A stretch of 63,007 bases of DNA, filler included, from Phoronis australis (Eukaryota > Animalia > Phoronida): the NCBI GenBank assembly GCA_002633005.1. It is 6 parts of 6 records of this genome, joined end to end, with 100 filler letters (N's around TTAATTAATTAA, not from the genome) between each part and the next. Parts side by side here need not be neighbours in the genome. Positions count along the whole stretch, not along the records: positions 25,793 to 34,661 come from NMRA01001509.1; positions 34,762 to 61,170 come from NMRA01000580.1; 4 more parts are not named here. The stretch is one strand, 5' to 3'. A program made the position numbers and the translations under genes. The notes under the pieces were generated by a model. It ran no database searches, was not told where the DNA came from, and saw only the letters and a list, made by a program, of their open reading frames with translations. Below, in pieces: positions 25,793-38,460 of this stretch; the stretch's first letter is position 1, and every line of letters begins with the position of its first letter.

Positions 25793-26507
25793 CGCACATT
25801 TCTTATTGGGAAAGCCAGATTTTCAAAAATTAATCGCTCAGACCATTTGAGTCTCATTTACCTGCAATTATACTGCTATCAAATGACCGAGCCAGCATTG
25901 TTGATACTACGACCGCTCATCAAAATAATGTACACCCACGAAATTCGGACACTAGCGGAAACCCAAATTTGGAGGTCCGCCAAATTCGGACACCACAAAA
26001 TGATATTTCGCGAGATTCGTCCAAGAATGAATTTTTTCTATTGGAATTAATTTTCAGTTTCCGAAAATCACGCGACTTTACCGTTATGATATTGATGAGA
26101 CCTGATTACTTGTATTTCAAAAAAAGGTAGGAAGAGTGTTATTTTTACAAATACATGTTCACTAAGGTCTTTGGTAACTATTACATAATTTCAAACCAAA
26201 TTTTCTCAAAAATGTGCAACTTTATATGCGGGAACTTTTTAGATTTTGAAAACACACAGTTAAATGAATTAAAAAAACACCAAAATGAAATTGCCCCGTC
26301 GAATTACTTACAAAAAGTATTTTCTAGAGGCCCTACAAAACTTAACCCACCGCCTGTAAGTTCTAAAAGTACTTTGAAAATTATTAAAATCTCGTAGGCA
26401 GTAAAGGACAAAATTACCCGTACACATTGAATATACGCACGATTTAAGCCCAGAGCCGCCCGCAAATCCCGAGCTCATGTTTGCAACACGTGGACCCGAA
26501 CGAGATC

Positions 26508-26660
26508 ACTGATACGCCGTAAAATGTAACAATTTCGTAAAATGTAACAACTGTTACATTTTAACAGTTGTTACATTTTATGTAATTGTTACAATTTACG
26601 TCGAATGCACTTACGAGAAATGTACCATTGTTATATTTTACGAAACCGACGTCATATTTC
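26508..26660 (+). repeat. Dispersed repeat with TGTAACA/TGTTACA palindromic units, shared with 8405-8570
   Basis: ctgatacgccgtaaa...gttacatttt...gaatgcac...gagaaatgta...tacgaaacc is present at both loci. Confidence 0.65.
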
Positions 26661-28391
26661 ATGAGTTTGCATGGTATTTGTCACACGAAGGTAAACCGTT
26701 CATACACTTAACGCGTTCTCGGATTGTTTGAATGAAATTCTATCAAATGTGCCAGCTCGATTTTATAGATGTGTCCGTATGTTTTTTAACCTGGATACTT
26801 TCTTGGTTTAGTCAAAATGTACCTCGCACAGTTTCAACTCCAGACGAAAGGAGTTTTCAGGATCAGGTAACACGTTTTTATTGTTAAAGCGTTCTTGCAA
26901 TCTTTTGTGAGCGGCCACAGGTAACACCCAATTGTGTGTCCGGCATTACAGTAAACACACTTCCCTTGGTACCCCGGCGTAAGTACAACAGAAACAATGA
27001 CAACGTACTCAGTTTCGGGAGCCAATCTGATAGAAAAAACACCAGTTTTAATACACGATAGCTTGATTTATTTCAACCAGTGTTTTATTGCCTTGGAGTC
27101 ATGGCTAATGCTCCACACAAAAGGGACAAGACCAAAGTTTCTGATGCGGACGGTTTCTGTCTACCACTTTATTTACGAATGACAATTTCTTGAAGACATT
27201 GTGGTGGAACGTGTTTTGAAGAGCTAAAAGCTGAATGAAATATAATTGTTCATATGATGTCAAACCTGTCTGAAGTAGTGATGGTAACAACAGATCAAAC
27301 CGTGACGTGTAAAAGAAAAATAGGAGGCCTAGGTGGGGAAATAGAACATATTTTGCCACTCTGAAAGGACACGGTCATTTAGGTTGACAGTTTAAATTGG
27401 CAACAGCCCAAAAAAGCTGACGGACTTCAAAAACATGCATTTTCTCTTTCTATTATCTTTTAAAATAAAAATCAATTAAAATTGTATTTGATGTTATTAT
27501 ATGTATTCATTCTGTTTTATATTTGTGTTCGATAATGTCATCATTTCGTTCAATGTTGTTTTCCGTTATAATCGATAACGGAACTCTGGGTAAATTGAAA
27601 CGACGGTAGTGATTCGTGTGTTGTTTTCCACAATTTAAATTTGAAGCGGTGAAGCTTGTAGCGTATCATGTGTTCCAAAATTCAATATTATCGACATTTA
27701 TGTTTCGTAATGTCGACATGCTTTTCATTGTCGTGCATGATGTCATCTTTGCTTATGTTGCGTAGATGATTGGCCTAATTCACGGTTGCACGCTAATCTG
27801 TTGTCCTACCTGTACATGATGTGCACACGATCGGCAGTTACCCTTGAGAAGCTGAGAATGATACAGCATTGGCACTGCCATTGTCAGTGTCAGTCAGAGT
27901 TCAGCAGTTTCTTTCGTTGGCGGTGTCGTAGACCAAGTAAGCCTCCCTACCAAGTTAACTTGGTCGTACTACACGTTCTGAGCTCGCAGACCAAGAAGAT
28001 ACCTCCGACCAAGTGGCAATGTACCGTTGATATCTGAATGTTTACCATTGTGTTACCGGGCTGACAAATGCAGCTTTTCTAAACAAGATTTCACTTTTAT
28101 GGGCTTTTTCTTTTTAGAGCTCCCCATATGGTGCACCGATATATGTGGTCGACACAAATCTTTATTTGAATACTTTGAACACGACGATAATAAAGTAATT
28201 AAGTGACTGAGCCAGCCAGGGCTTCGAACCGGGAGCCAAAAAATGCTCAACGCAGACAAATCAATCATTTAAATCATAGATTATAGTCTATGTTTAGATT
28301 TAACATATAATTTCACTCTTTTCATCTGCATTTTCTCTAGAGATTTGTCAACCAATTTTTACGGCTAAATATGCTGTAGTTTTGCTTACAG

Positions 28392-28614
28392 CATGGGCGG
28401 CGCACCATAGGGGGCTAGGGGGCTATAGCCCCTACTTTTTTCAGTGCTACGCCACACATGGTCTATAGGCAGTGCACCACAGGGGGGGGGGGGCGATGAG
28501 GAGACTTTAGCCCCCACTTTTGCAGTGCTGCGCCGCCCACGGATATTGGTGGCGCACGCGATAGGGGGCTGAGGGGTTAAGCCCTCTACTTATTTCAATG
28601 CTGCGCCGCCCTTG
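28392..28614. mobile_element. Three tandem ~70-80-bp GC-rich mini-MITE units (TIR-like GGGCGGCGCA / TGCGCCGCCC)
   Basis: catgggcggcgcaccatagggggct...agcccc..cttt..cagtgct.cgcc repeats three times with decay. Confidence 0.6.
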
Positions 28615-28774
28615 CACATGGCCCTATTCGAGGGAAGAAAAGTTATTATTCGATCAAAAACTGTAACGAAGAAGTAGACCGGATTTGCCGACCCCACATA
28701 CTCCCTGCCCAAAAACATCAGTCAAACATCACTAAGCCGGCCATCGAATTTAATTTCCTGGCAGTGGCAGATCG

Positions 28775-28870
28775 ACAGAGGCCGAAGACTTTTTAAAGTC
28801 TTCGGCCTCTGTTCAAGGTGGCGCGCTGTACGTACCATTAAAATGGTACGTACAGCGCGCCACCTTGAAC
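28775..28870. repeat. Two adjacent perfect palindromes (18-bp and 29-bp stems, 2-nt loops)
   Basis: ACAGAGGCCGAAGACTTT-tt-AAAGTCTTCGGCCTCTGT (28775-28812) and GTTCAAGGTGGCGCGCTGTACGTACCATT-aa-AATGGTACGTACAGCGCGCCACCTTGAAC (28811-28870). Confidence 0.95.
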
Positions 28871-31089
28871 TCGGTTTTTGAAAACTCTTTCAGGTTCCAG
28901 AGTGACACGGGCCTCCTACTTCTTGGCGACCAGTCTGTGAAGTAAAAAGCTTGAAAATGCCGACTATGTCTGATTCCTCCGCGATAATAAGCTCGTCTGC
29001 TCCAAGGCGTCTTTCCGAGCCACGTGCGCACATCGCGGTTTTCGACTCGACGAGAAAAGTGGCGAACGCCGAATTAAAATTTGCGTGTCACGCCATCTCA
29101 AGACTGCTACTCTCGAGAAAAGGCCGTTTACCCCAGGCATATATACTTTTCCTCTCAGTTTCTACGAAATCAAGAGAATCAGACATACATGTAGCAGACG
29201 GAATCGAGATTGTTCCGCACCCCCACTTATTTCATGACTCCTCATATGTAGGTTTACTCGGTCCGGTCTCGTCATCGACCGGCCCTAATGCGCTGTGCCA
29301 GACGTAGGTAATCGAGCTCTCAGAATAGGAATATTTCATAAGTTATTTTACCTTTTCTTCATTGACCTTCCTTCTGTTCACAACGTCGATGTCTGTAGTT
29401 GTTTTTCGTGCTTTTCACTCCTGTTCAAAAATCATTACGTTTTCTTGTATCGTCCATTTGTTTTCGCGAGTGGCACCTCCGGGACTGGCCACAACAGTAG
29501 GCATGCAACTAACCGATGGTTTGATTCTCAGTGGCAAAATTTTTGTCTACATTTGTAATTAGTAACCGTTAACAACGTTATTCATTCTACAGAATACACT
29601 CACCGGCACCCCATTTGCGTCTCAAAATCTAAAGTTTCTTTCTGAGGTTTACAGCTGAGATGGCTATCATGTCCACGACAAACGCCGGACATACTTGACG
29701 CAATCAAAAGCAATTAATTCCATTTGACATGTACCCAGCAGCTCCAACAAAACTAACCTCTTGTACATGTCTTTAGAAAGTCATCAAGTTTTTTTACTGC
29801 TCAATAACCTGTAGTTTTGTTGGCAGGTTTACTTGGTCCGGTCTTCCAACGACCCGGAGCGAGCGCTGTGACGTCATCACACTCGAATCGGATTATTTCA
29901 TTTTTTCTTCAAAGATCTCTTCGTCTAATATATTTTTTCGTGCTTATCACTGTTAAAGAACCATTTGCTTTTATTGTTAGACCGGGATCCCAGAGCTTTT
30001 TTGGGCATGAAAAGGTAACCACTTTTCTTTGGTGCTACTGTGCCCTATGGGTATCCTGATGCTTGGAAATGGCCGTCTGGCATGTTCGCTCCGATGGGTG
30101 TGGTCAGGAGAGTCAAGAGAATGACACTTAAAAATTGAGCTAGATCAACTTTTCTGGTAACCACTTCAAAGTGCCTTGGAAACCTACTACGCAATCCACT
30201 GTATCAAAAATGGTCACTGTCAGACAATCTCAGTGGTAGGGAGTATCAGCCAGACGGTTATAAACAAGGTAAAAAATGAGCTAGATGAATCCAAGAGGTA
30301 ACCGCATGGTACCAGTTGCAAAATATTCACCGTGAGCCCAGGTATCACAAATGAACACTGCCAGACCGATCTAGAGGAGGTTAGCCTCGACATTACTATG
30401 ACTGTCAACAAAAATGAAACTTTGACTTTTTCAACTGATAATTAAAAGGGTTGAAAATCATGATAGGTGATTCTAGGCACTGTTTCCAGCATAAGGATTG
30501 CACTTCCCAAAATCAGATATGTGACCCATGCCGATAAACTCTTAGTTACGTTTTATTTTATGCTCTTTTCTGTGGGGATATTCTTGAATTTTGCATGTTA
30601 AGTGATTTGTTATTCTTGGTGTCATTGCTGTAATTTTAGCAGAAAAAGTCTGTGCTGATGAAAAGTAGACTTTTGTTGTAGTCCTTCCTGGCGATGTAAT
30701 CACTTTTTCTTTCATTCTGTTTCATGATTTGGTAGTGATTTCTCTGTTTGTACCTTCCATTTTGATCCCTCAGTTCTCGCATATTGTCAAAGACTGAGAA
30801 CGATGCAAATATGAATATATTATTGCCTGATTTAGTTTTCACTGCATTGTATTCATGACACTTGATGAACTGATTTTTGAATTGTTTCTGGTTTTTGACA
30901 TTTTGGTATTTCAGTTATGTTCACTTATGTGTATTTTATGAAGTGCATTTTATTTTCTGCAATTAATTACCGTTATTGAAATGTTAATAGAACTCTATTT
31001 TGTTAACAGTTGTATGAAAATCATTAAATTTTTTACTGTTATCCACTCTTGTTTTTGTAAAAATCGAAAGTTTTGAATGCCTGTTCTAT

Positions 31090-31394
31090 TTAGGAAAACT
31101 TCAGTTTTCAAAAGTTAGTTCCTTGAAAACGTAAGTTCTGAAAAGTTTTCAAAAACTTAAGTTTTGATGACTTTTGTTTGTTAATAAAAAGGTGTTCCAA
31201 AACTTAGGTTTTTAAAAAACTTAAGTTTCTGAAAGTTAAATTTTCCAAAAACTTAACTTTGGAACAATTTTTTGGACAAACTTAAGTTTTCAGAACTTAA
31301 GTTATGAGAACTCAAGTTTTTGACAAACTTAAGTATTTTGAAGCAAGTTATTGAAAACTGAAGTTATGAAAACTTAAGTTTGTTTCAAAAACTT
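31090..31394. repeat. Second, more degenerate AAACTTAAGTTT array, interrupted by the solo LTR
   Basis: Many aaaacttaagtt variants; the array resumes briefly after 32167. Confidence 0.75.
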
Positions 31395-32166
31395 TGTCAG
31401 AATATAGTCTGACAGTATTTTTAGTTGTATTGTTTTGTTTTGTTATTCTGTTTGATTGGCATGACCCCTGAGTTAAGTACAGTGATGATGCAATTTGTTT
31501 ACTACAAAATAGTGTGGAGCTTTCTAGAAGACTGAGGTCAGTGAGTGATGATGTAATTTGTTTACTACAGTATAGTGTGGAACTTTCTAGAAGACTCTAG
31601 CATGACAGTGATTAATGCAGTCCGGAATATTCTAGAGAGTAGTACATGTTTGTAGAATGGTTGGGTATGTTCTGGAAAGTTCTAGAATGTGCTTGAATTG
31701 ATGAAAAGTTCCAGAACAATGCATTAGGCTATAAATACACAAGCACGGGTTTGTGTTAGGGATATCAAGTCAGATAGTCATCAGGAGATTAAGTCAGTGA
31801 GATCAAGTCGGGAGATCAAGTCAGTTCATCAAAAGTTCAAGAAAGTTAATCAGGAGAATTACAGTTGAGTTGCAGTGAAGAGAATCAGCAGTTACAGCGA
31901 TAGTCAATAGAGAGCCAGCTATAGAGACAGCACGTTATTGAATCGACGAGTGTAACAGTTGCTGAACGTGTCTCAAAAGTTCATCACAAGTCAAGGCTTC
32001 GCAGCACTGGCTGGAGCATAAGCAGACATTACGTCGCTTGTGAACGTACGGTTGGGATTAAGAAAGGATTAACTCGAACCAGTCGTCAGTCAATTGTCGC
32101 ACCGAAAGCTATTAGCACCGGTCTGTAACAACCTGCGTCCACCCACACACGGGGAAAAACGTGACA
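31395..32166 (+). mobile_element. Solo LTR (772 bp)
   Basis: TGTCA...TGACA termini, perfect 5-bp TSD AACTT (31390-31394 and 32167-32171), TATAAATA at 31730-31737, no coding sequence. Confidence 0.85.
31515..31737 (+). promoter_or_regulatory. Heat-shock-element cluster plus TATA box inside the LTR
   Basis: GAActTTCtaGAA (31580-31592), GAAtaTTCtaGAG (~31625), TTCtgGAAagTTCtaGAA (31670-31687), TTCcaGAA (~31709), TATAAATA at 31730. Confidence 0.6.
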
Positions 32167-32835
32167 AACTTGTTCCAAAACTCTTAAGTAAGAGCATGGT
32201 TTATCAACAGTGAACCTTTGAAGTAAGGACATGTAATTTGAACATTCTTTCCATCAGGTTTGTTGCTCGTATGAAGTCTGCGAGACAGTACACGACATGA
32301 TAATTATTTACACGAGAAAACTTTCTTCACTGACCGAAGTTTTTACTACGTTTAGGACTACTTTTTCCGAATAATGTCAGCATGCTCGTGGGGGTTTTCC
32401 TAGTGCAAGAAAACACGGTAGTTTAACGTCTGCCTATGTAAATCGTGTACTGAATTTTAAAGGATTAATGGAAATGAACTCACGTGTACACGCCTACATG
32501 TCAATCCACCAATCCACAATCAAAGTGAACAATGGGTGAAAAACATATTCGGTAACCACTTTTAATTCGAATTTGAAAATGTCTGCACTTTACTATGCTA
32601 GCAAGCATATCCAAATAGCAGATAAGGAATCTAATTTCTGCTGTTGGTCGATTTAAGGCATTTACACACTACATTTTAGAGCTCTCTCGCTAATATACAG
32701 GTACAAATATTTACTTCTAAACCCTTCTTACCCTATGGTGTAGCCATCACTCCTCTAATTGTCAGCGCCATCATGTCATGTATGCCAACACCACTTGACG
32801 AAGTTTACCTGATTATTTGTTAAAAAGTGTGTTTT

Positions 32836-33120
32836 CAGGGGCGGATCTAGGATTTTGAGTTGAGGGGGAGGCAGGGCACAGGAATAACCAGAATTTTGCC
32901 ACATGCACGTGCCCAGCCTAAAATGTAGGGATGTAGGGGTCTCGAATTTTTGGGTTTGTGGACTTCATTACTACAAAAAAAAAGGTTTGTTCAAGGCCTG
33001 TGCATTGTGCATTCTCCCCCCAACCCCCTTGGTGTGCGCATATGCTAGTTAGAAATTCGTTCCCCGAACTGCCAAATGGTATCTGGGAGAATTTGAGGGG
33101 GGACCATGGCCCCCCTAAAT
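32836..33120 (+). mobile_element. hAT-like MITE (CAGGGGCGGATCTAG family)
   Basis: Inverted homologue of 51616-51895 over ~280 bp. Confidence 0.75.
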
Positions 33121-34661
33121 TTTTTTTGCACTACTGCTAGTTTTTGAGACATAGATGTAAACCAAATTAACCCAAAGGTGTCACAATCTTCAAGTTGACG
33201 TTTTTCTTGAATAAGATTACGAAATATTCATTTCTTTTAGAATATAGAAGAGGTCCCGCTCACCAGAAGAAGTTACTAAACAGCTGCAGTTGGTAGATCG
33301 CCGTCCCTTGCATTGCTTATTACGGTTGGGCTTAGTAGATCATGAGAGTACATTAGTTTGCACTTGCGGCGAAAAGTCGTCCATGATGACGCGCAAATAG
33401 TAAATTCAGTCACGCAATTCAAAACTCCAGCGTCGACTTGCCGACCACATGCCGCCATTTTGTTAAGTTCGGTTTGTAAAACGCTTGATGTTTACTCGTG
33501 TAATTCCGCCAAGTCTTACGAGATATTGCTTTTCTCACAAAAAAACTAGGTCTAGTGAACGCTCTCCAGAATTTTCGAAGCTCATAAAAAAGAAACTACC
33601 TGTCATTCAACTGTGGTTGCCATTTTGTTGGAACATCACCAGAAATGGTTAAAAAACAAAATGTTCATTTTAGCAGAAGCTGAGGGGAAAATGTCCCAGG
33701 TTTTATACATTTTGCTCGTAAGCTTTCTAACAAGAGGCACAGAAATGCTGGTCTTCATAACTAGTTGTTACAAGCGTGACTAAACCCGTTAAAGGTTTTT
33801 TAAACTTTGAATTTTGCTTCAAGATTCCAGAGTTAGAAGCAAAACAAAGCTTGTGAAATTAAATTCGATGTTTTTTATCACTTAAATCTACATGAATTCC
33901 GTGTATTTTGAGTAAAACAATGCCACCGTGTATTTTGAGTAAAACAATGCCATTTTGAACTAACATTTTCAAATATATTTTAGCCTGATTGAAATTGCGT
34001 TAGAATTCGTTTTGTTGATTTTCAACTGAAACGGAGCGTTGGTAGAATCTTTAAGACAACAAAGCTTTCACATGAAAAAAAATTCAAGAGTGTTATTGAA
34101 AAACTTCAACCATACACATCAATAGCATACTGTTTTCATGTTGATCTTTTCAGGAGCGAAGCAAATTCGCCTGCGTAAGAGATTGACACATACATAAAAC
34201 TGGCCTAAATTATGATTATTACAGAGGACTAATCTCACAACTGTCCGTAAGTGTATTTTAATTAAGAGTATGTTCCGTGAATTACTCAATTTTCTTATAT
34301 TTGAAAAGCGAGTGGAAAATACTGTGGGATTCACGTGAAAACTAGTCACAGAATAGCAAAACGTCAATGACTGGCTAATAACAACAAAACTTTACAGTAA
34401 AACGAGATTTTTTTATTTCATACCGTAACAGGATTACAATAATGTCAAGCGTTAAAACTCGCCTCCCAAGACGTGTCGGTTTGAAATAAATAAGTACCAA
34501 ACGCCTTAAGTTCTCTTCTGACAATCTTGCTTCACAATCATTTCCCCACATTGCTTTGCAAAAATCTTGAACCATTTGACTTATTTATACCAGAATTTAA
34601 ACCACGTGACTTATTTATACCAGAATTTAACAAGTCATTTGACACGTTTAATAAATTTCAG

Positions 34662-34761
34662 NNNNNNNNNNNNNNNNNNNNNNNNNNNNNNNNNNNNNNN
34701 NNNNNTTAATTAATTAANNNNNNNNNNNNNNNNNNNNNNNNNNNNNNNNNNNNNNNNNNNN
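34662..34761. other. Artificial scaffold join
   Basis: 44N-TTAATTAATTAA-44N. Confidence 0.95.
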
Positions 34762-34869
34762 TTCCAAAAAGAAACACTTAGTTCCACTCAATAAAACTGT
34801 TATTTAGTGGGGTAACTGGTGGGGATAACATCACCGAACGATGTTGATAGAAACTGATTGCTAAAAACT

Positions 34870-35199
34870 TACCAAGTAATGTTGTGTAGTCTCCGAATGG
34901 AACTGCATAGTCATAGAGCACACACGGGGCTTCAGCATCCACACACTTTTGTCAGTTAGTTGACCCTGTTGACCGCAATTGTCCACGAATATAGTTACCT
35001 TAGGTCTTTTGGGAATTTGTGGCCACCTGTCGAAGACTTGCACCAGGGAAATTAGCAGTAATAAGGCTTAGTGCAATGACGTATTTTGATAAAAATTTCA
35101 TCTTTTACCATTTGTTTACATGCAGACAGCCACGCATGCGCAATTCAATCACCACTAGTACAGCAGCGACACCGCGAGGAGAGATCTCCGAATAGCCCC
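34870..35199 (-). mobile_element. 5' end of an ISL2EU/Harbinger-like DNA transposon with a decayed THAP domain
   Basis: TIR GGGGCTATTCGGA flanked by AT. Minus-strand translation PYYC*FPWCKSSTGGHKFPKDLR*LYSWTIAVNRVN, then in a shifted frame KSVWMLKPRVCSM, fits THAP landmarks (C-C, FP, W, VCS). Confidence 0.65.
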
Positions 35200-37769
35200 A
35201 TTATTTTCACATTGCAGCCATTCATGCGACAGAAGGCCTTGTTTTAGTTTTTGTCTGAAATAAAGGTTGTACTTATTTTCAATTCTTATTTATAAATAGT
35301 ATTAATCTGTTTTCGAATCAAAATACATCATATTTATAATAATTTAGACCTAAATTGCCGCAATGTACCGTTAGTTTTTATTTTTATATAAAACTGCAGA
35401 ACATTTCGAAATTACTTATGATATTCCGGCAATTTCCGTAAAAATTGTGACACATTTCATTTCCCATTACCAAGCCTCAAATGGCTTAACTGATCAGCAC
35501 CATCTTGAGGCTTGGAGATGAGGCTAACTGCCGCTTATATTGTACGAAGCCGCACGTGCACAAGGTCAGCAATGTTGTCAAAGAAGTAAACACAGCAACA
35601 AAACGGGGATTGTTTACGTTTCAAAAGACCACCAATGGCCCGCATTGATTTGGATTTCGATTATTGAGCGTATGGAGTTTCGTTGTGAAACAATTAAAAT
35701 GAAATGGAACATGTAAAATGGGCATATAATAAATAGATGGAAGTTCATAACCATCTTTAAAACCCCACAGCACAGTTTCGGAGGTCGAATTTAAACTTAT
35801 GTAAAGCAACTTTGCATGGGAGAAACGTGTTGCAGAAACATATTTTCAACTCCACTTGATCCCTAGAACAGCTACGTAAACTCTGTGTAGTTAACTTATT
35901 TTATGGAGAAAGCGCTAAAAGAGTTACGCAAATAAACAAAAAACTCAAGAGGAACCCCTCCCCCAAGGAACACCTTTAGAACTGTTAGGGCCTGTGTCTC
36001 ACCCTCCCAATGTTCTCAACTTTTCTATTCTAGTAGGTGTTTCATGAAAACTGATGGACAACAGCTACTTTCAATTGCTTAACGAGAAATATTATTTCGT
36101 TATCATATTCTAAAAAAGTCAAATAGAGTCATGGTGGCGTGAAACCAGCAAATATAAACCAAACATTTGAGTTTATCTGTTCCTCGATCACCACTGACCT
36201 CACTCACTAGGCTACATACTAAAATTCGACTACAAAAATTGGTTTGCTCAGAATTTTCTCAAATATGCATGGAACTTAACAAAATCAGCACCAAACAAAT
36301 TTTTGAATAACTTCATTTACTTTATCACATTAAGCTGCCTTCCCGTGGTGACTTGCAAACAAGAATGTTGAAACCCAAGAAGGTTCATGGCAGACGACCT
36401 CCGGATTTTTCAAAGAGAGTACCTAAGCAATTCCGAAGCTCTATTTTAACCCGCCCATGTAAGCTAGTTGAGTGTCCTTAACATAATTTAATTTCGGTAT
36501 GAATGTATTTAAACTCTGGGTTTGTGAAATAACCTTGTTTAAAACCGAAAAATCACTAACTAGGGATAGCTGCGAAAACCGGTAGTTGCCGATAGCTAAT
36601 TTCCTGCAACCAAATGTGTGGCCTGACATCAGAAATTTCCACCTAAGCCAAATGTTCGTTGCACTTCAAACAAGAGTAGTCCATAAAGTCAAGCTCAAAC
36701 ACAAGATAGGCTCTTGCATTTAAATTCTAAGTGATAAAATGAGCTGTAAGTTGAAGCAAATTCCACGTACATGTAAATGAAAGTCTAATTTGATACAAAT
36801 TTCTTGATTTTGACACAGGGGTTGCTTGCACAAACTCAATATTTTATCTTCGACAGGCGTACAAGTTAAAGCACAAGTGAATTCCGCAATGTTAACTATA
36901 AGCCCCCTTGAATTCAGAGTTTTGTGTTTTGCTTTGGAAATTCTGTAACCATTCACCATTCACAAATTGGACAATTCTATGGGATCAAGGACAGAAGGCA
37001 GGAATATTCCTGGATGCGCATTTGTGCTTTTAGTGCATACAAAAAGGGCACAAGTACATTAAAATAGTGTTACCCCCCCAGGCGCATCTCTTAAAACGAA
37101 CTCTCCCAAGTATACAAGATTCAATTAGTCAGCTTACAGCCGTACAACTTACGGGTAATATATAGGTTGCCGATTTCATTAAAATGAGTGAACAGGCCGT
37201 TGACATTTTTCAATACTTGATCGTAAATTACCATTCGTGTTTACAACTTTTACATGAGCATGACTGTGTTCTAATTTTCAATGCCCTTTAAGTTTCTATT
37301 TCATATGTTACCTCTTAATTACACCAAGTCTGCCAAACACAACTTTTTGAAAAAGACACTTTTATCATCAGGGGCACCCAAAGGGCACAGGTTCAAATGT
37401 GGTCGGGGATATCCCTGTTTATGTAATACCAGTCTGAGGGAGGTGCACACAGATTTTACTTGGATTTAGAACAGTTGAAACTGGGAACATAGGCTTGGCA
37501 AAGTTTTAGTGTCCAACCTTTATGTTTCTTATATGGTTAACTTATGGGTCATTAGGAAATTCGTTGGCCTATGTAGTAAATCTCAGGCATCTTCAACTTC
37601 TGATCATCCTCAATACAGTATACTACCACAAGACATGACACTCGGAACTAGAAATTCCACGAGTGCTTCACTTGACACAAAAATCTTACCAAAAGCCGAG
37701 TGGCTGACCCTTAAGTATTATAGAGTATTTGGGACGATCAGACTCAGAGACTGAGGACGCCTGTGGTGT

Positions 37770-38460
37770 AACTCACAGACGTCCTCAGCTTCTTATAGTA
37801 CCCAATACACTATAAATATATACAAGGTATTAAACTCAGCACTAAAAAATTCACGAGTGCTTCACTAGTTCAACACAGCTGTCCATATCAAACACAAAAC
37901 TCAATAAATTTACACAAAACAGGGGTTCAGCAAACCGTAAGCAATTGTCCTTTCTTCTGATAGCATTTACAGTGTCCTGATCTGAACAGCGGTCGAAGCA
38001 CAAAAGTCTGTCCAAAAGGCAGATGGGTACTGTCTATGTGTCCCACTCGAGTCGATACGGAACTATCCGATGACTAACGGAATGACGGCAATTGCCCATT
38101 TATCACGAAAGGTTTCGTAATGGTCTGGGTATGTGTGGAGTTATTAATGTCATGACCTTCCGCGACGAATCTGCAATTTCCATGAGCACATTGACAGTAC
38201 GCATCGGCTTTTTGGAAAGATTTTGTGCCTTGATCCCGAATGTGTTGCAAACAAGCTGGAGCAGGGCACCGTAAATGCTTACAGAAGAAATAGCAATTAC
38301 TCGCGTTTTGTTGGACCTGTTTTGTGTACATTTATTGAGTTTTGTGATATATGGGCGGCTAAAATGAAGCACCCGTGAAATTCCTAATCCTGAGTGTCAT
38401 ATCTTGTAGTATATTGTAATTTGTATTGTTGACGATCAGAAGCTGAGAATGTCTGTGATA
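37770..38460. repeat. ~700-bp imperfect inverted repeat (foldback/MITE), with an extra arm fragment at ~37590-37675
   Basis: 37770-38050 is the diverged reverse complement of 38180-38460, e.g. acaaaactcaataaatttacacaaaacagg versus cctgttttgtgtacatttattgagttttgt. Confidence 0.75.

Noticed and set aside
28205-28250. tRNA gene (GGTTCGAAGCCC on the minus strand; similar degenerate boxes near 37395 and 51470)
   Set aside because: No cloverleaf can be built; at most decayed SINE heads.
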